Shown piece by piece: positions 61,200-64,000 of a DNA stretch of 64,000 bases. Source of the DNA: an uncultured Rhabdochlamydiaceae bacterium (GTDB lineage Bacteria; Chlamydiota; Chlamydiia; Chlamydiales; Rhabdochlamydiaceae); assembly GCA_963712275.1 (NCBI GenBank), contig CAVQHD010000001.1:1056001-1120000 (forward strand). The letters are read 5' to 3'. Numbering within the stretch: position 1 is the stretch's first letter; the number at the start of each line of letters is the position of its first letter. Both the position numbers and the translations under genes were made by a program. The notes beneath the pieces were generated by a model that saw only the letters and a list, made by a program, of their open reading frames with translations, made no database searches and was not told the DNA's origin.

Positions 61200-61445
61200 T
61201 CTCCATTAAATTTTTGGTTAGTTGGGAGCTGTTTCCTAGAAGCTATTAGACCTATCATCCTAATCCTACAATGGTCGAGAAGGTATGGTATTCTAATTTG
61301 CCACGCTTGTCACTTAAAAAAAATAGCTGTGTCAACGCAAAATAGAAATGTCGCCTTTTGGCTAAAGTCAAAAAAGGGGTTTACAAAGGGGCTTGCCTTT
61401 TTCATCTTGTAGTGGGAAAAGAGCCTCTAAGGCTAATCTTCTTTG

Positions 61446-62339
61446 TTATGCAACTTTAAAAAATTCATCAAGAAATCGACGATTAATCCCATACAAGTCA
61501 GCGCTGCTACTTTTCCACGTTCCTCGCTTCACTGTAAATCCAATTGTAGCAATTGTTCTACTCAATCTCAAGAATGGCATCAGTTCTTTGTAATGGGGAA
61601 CAGGGCGAATGCTGGCATAGCCTGCCAAAAAAGATGTTTTAATGGTGGGGTTAGAAGACCATTCTCCGTTTTCCAGAGGGCAAAAATCGTCTTCTGCAAA
61701 ACTGGCGCGTGCTGAGGACCAATCAATAATTCCTTGGAGCTTATCCTTGTTAACGATCAAATTCCCTGGTCGAAAATCGCGGTGTATCATACAGGGACCA
61801 TCCACCGAATCCAATAGATTGAGATGGGCATGATAATAGCTACGGCATTGATCGATCAAAGCCTGAGGCAAATGATGACGGCATTCGTCTAAACCCTCTT
61901 CAAACTTCAAAGTAAAATGAACGCGTGGATCGAGGGTTAAGCTGCTTGGTTGCGTGAGATCACCATAACCAGTCGTGCGGCTGAGGTGAATGTGCGCAAG
62001 CAGAGAGCCTATTTGATAAGCTAAAGCATCTGTCAAATCTGCTTTTTGAAGTAATTTTCCAGGAAGACACTCCATTAAGATCGCTCCATGGATATTTGCA
62101 TTTGGTTCTACAACTTGGGTGATGCGTGGAACGAGGAGCTTACTAGCAAAGTGTTTCAGGAAATATACTTCGCGTAGGTAGTCGTTTGAGCGTTCACATA
62201 TTTTTAAAATGAGTTCTGCTCCACTAGGTTGTGTCACCTTATAGACGATTGCAACGATGGCCTCCTCATGTTCGATGCGTGAAAAGGTGGCACCCTGAAG
62301 ATTGAGATATTGCTGATAAAAAGTAATGATATTATCCAT
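61446..62339 (-). CDS. Aminoglycoside-phosphotransferase-family kinase
   Basis: LILKI, MECLPG, IHRDFRPGN, IIDW. Confidence 0.85.
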   Translation of the reverse strand: MDNIITFYQQYLNLQGATFSRIEHEEAIVAIVYKVTQPSGAELILKICERSNDYLREVYFLKHFASKLLVPRITQVVEPNANIHGAILMECLPGKLLQKADLTDALAYQIGSLLAHIHLSRTTGYGDLTQPSSLTLDPRVHFTLKFEEGLDECRHHLPQALIDQCRSYYHAHLNLLDSVDGPCMIHRDFRPGNLIVNKDKLQGIIDWSSARASFAEDDFCPLENGEWSSNPTIKTSFLAGYASIRPVPHYKELMPFLRLSRTIATIGFTVKRGTWKSSSADLYGINRRFLDEFFKVA

Positions 62340-62359
62340 GAAGTATTCAACGGCCTTTT

Positions 62360-63733
62360 TTATTTCTTGGGATTGAACAGGTCTTTCCTAGAGAGCTCCA
62401 TCTGATAATGAGGTACTGGATGCCAGCTTGCAATAAATTCTCCAACAATTTTAAAGCCTGCCTTTTGATAAACATGTATAGCTCGTGTATTTGTCGCTTC
62501 TGGATCTATCGATACTTTTTTCACAGTTGGAAACTGACTGATTAAGAACTCTCGGATCATGGGCACGGCAAGCCCCTTCCCGAGGTAATTTAAATCACAA
62601 ATAAACAGATCCAGCGTAATTACATCTTCTCCTTCAGAGGAGGTGATCAAGAATGTAAAAGGAGTTTCTTTATCGTAACCAATCCAGTAGGTAGTGCCAG
62701 ACGTTCCCTGAAAGAATTTTTCCAAGCCATTTAAGGTATTTTGGAGGCCTATCCCATGTATCCACTCTTCAATGTGTTTTTGTTTTAGCCATTGATGGAT
62801 GAGGGCTCTTTGAGCAGGCTTTGCAGGCGCAAAGTTAAAGACTGGGTGCTTATGATTTTCTTCGATAATCTCTTGGATCACATAGCGTGCATTATTTGCC
62901 AAGGCTGGATTAGTATCTTTGTAGTAGGGCAGTGCAATCAGAGCGCAAGATAGTGCCCAACCATGGCCTCGTCGCCATGTTGCATCATCTACTCCTAGTC
63001 CTGCGCGAAAAGCGTGTCTCATATGTGTTGGTAAAAGATTCCAAGCGATAATCAGGTCGCAGGCGGGGTCTCCAACGCCTAAATTTCCAAAGTCGATAAC
63101 AGCGCTAAGTCTGCCATTTTGGATGAGGAGATTGCCGGGGGATAGGTCACCATGTACCCAAACAGGAGGTTTTGACCATTTAGGAGCTCGTAAAGCAGTT
63201 TCCCATAGGGCTGCTGCCGCCTGGACATCAATCATTTCGTCTAATTGCTTAAGAGCTTTGCGAGTCTCGATATCTTGCTGCTCTAATGGGACTCCACGGT
63301 TAGAAACCGGTCCACCTTGCAAATCGATCTTATGTAGGGCAAGAATAAATGCGACCAGATCTTGGGTCAGCAATTCAGGATCAGAAATTTGGCCCACAAT
63401 TGGATTACTGCCTTCGAGCCAATGATACACGGACCAAGGCCATGGATAATCGGCGGTTGGAATCCCTTTAGCAAGAGGAGAAGGAATAGAAACAGGCAGA
63501 TACGGTGCAAATTTAGGAAGCCATTTAAATTCTTTGTTCACATTTTCCACGGCCCAGTCGATGCGGGGAAGTCGCACAACCATATCATTCCCAAGTCGAT
63601 ACAAAGCATTATCTGTGCCAGCAGATGGAACCGGATTCAGTGGCAGATCAGCCCAATCTGGGAATTGCTTTGCGACTAGTCTTTGAACGAGTGCCAGGTC
63701 GATCTCAAACTCATCTGCATGCATTTTAGCCAT
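62360..63733 (-). CDS. APH-family phosphotransferase fused to a C-terminal GNAT acetyltransferase
   Basis: GTDNALYRLG, WVHGDLSPGN, VIDFG, GDPACDL; then YLGKGLA..IDPEATNTRAIHVYQKAGF. Confidence 0.88.
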   Translation of the reverse strand: MAKMHADEFEIDLALVQRLVAKQFPDWADLPLNPVPSAGTDNALYRLGNDMVVRLPRIDWAVENVNKEFKWLPKFAPYLPVSIPSPLAKGIPTADYPWPWSVYHWLEGSNPIVGQISDPELLTQDLVAFILALHKIDLQGGPVSNRGVPLEQQDIETRKALKQLDEMIDVQAAAALWETALRAPKWSKPPVWVHGDLSPGNLLIQNGRLSAVIDFGNLGVGDPACDLIIAWNLLPTHMRHAFRAGLGVDDATWRRGHGWALSCALIALPYYKDTNPALANNARYVIQEIIEENHKHPVFNFAPAKPAQRALIHQWLKQKHIEEWIHGIGLQNTLNGLEKFFQGTSGTTYWIGYDKETPFTFLITSSEGEDVITLDLFICDLNYLGKGLAVPMIREFLISQFPTVKKVSIDPEATNTRAIHVYQKAGFKIVGEFIASWHPVPHYQMELSRKDLFNPKK

Positions 63734-64000
63734 GAAATATTTTTCTCCTTATTCTTGGCCGTATCAGAAAGCCCTTATTATTTTAAGAAGCTTGGCTATT
63801 TTTACATCTATTTTCAGCAAGTGACCTGAAGTCAACGGAATAAATTTTTTTTTTTACTTTCCTAAAAGATGTTTCAATAATGTCTCGAATGGGCTATTAT
63901 TTTTTCTATGAAATATCAAATAGTGTTGTTCATAGGCTTTTTGCTAGTGTTAGGGGGATGTTATCAAGTGGGTCCTGAGGAGGGTGCGGTGTCGACGGTT

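Noticed and set aside
63950..64000. G-rich stretch at the window end as a possible structured RNA or element start
   Set aside because: Too little sequence; it does not match tRNA or tmRNA 5' ends that I can recognise.

Overview
This 64-kb window is chromosomal DNA, most likely from an environmental member of Chlamydiota. The evidence is gene order resembling chlamydial synteny (spoIID-ruvB/dcd, groEL-groES/pepF, ptsH/DUF151, ihf-hyp-accA-msbA-dnaQ) plus a citrate synthase, which Chlamydiaceae lack. It holds about 57 CDS, the SRP RNA, tRNA-Ala(TGC) and tRNA-Ile(GAT). I see no rRNA, CRISPR array, transposase or prophage. The most striking feature is at least three families of ~170-230 bp non-autonomous palindromic elements. 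Family A has six cores with arms up to 76 bp that are perfect and change in concert, and it appears in two different outer shells. A family B element (170 bp, TTA duplication) replaced the C-terminus of a GNAT gene. A family C element (167 bp plus a TTCC duplication) added exactly 57 in-frame codons inside a conserved gene, like Rickettsia palindromic elements. Candidate host-directed effectors include a CKSSKDRT phosphoinositide phosphatase with a transmembrane hairpin, a minimal kinase, an F-box/ankyrin tail-anchored protein and Inc-like proteins. Also present are a two-partner secretion pair, an inverse autotransporter, an alpha2-type GlyRS unusual for chlamydiae, two wHTH-bearing accessory genes (Fic, AAA-nuclease) with operator arrays over their promoters, an L,D-transpeptidase with Ser at the catalytic Cys position, and a cluster of APH/GNAT/GrpB/RibD_C fusion enzymes. 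All product calls come from motifs read by eye, not from database searches.
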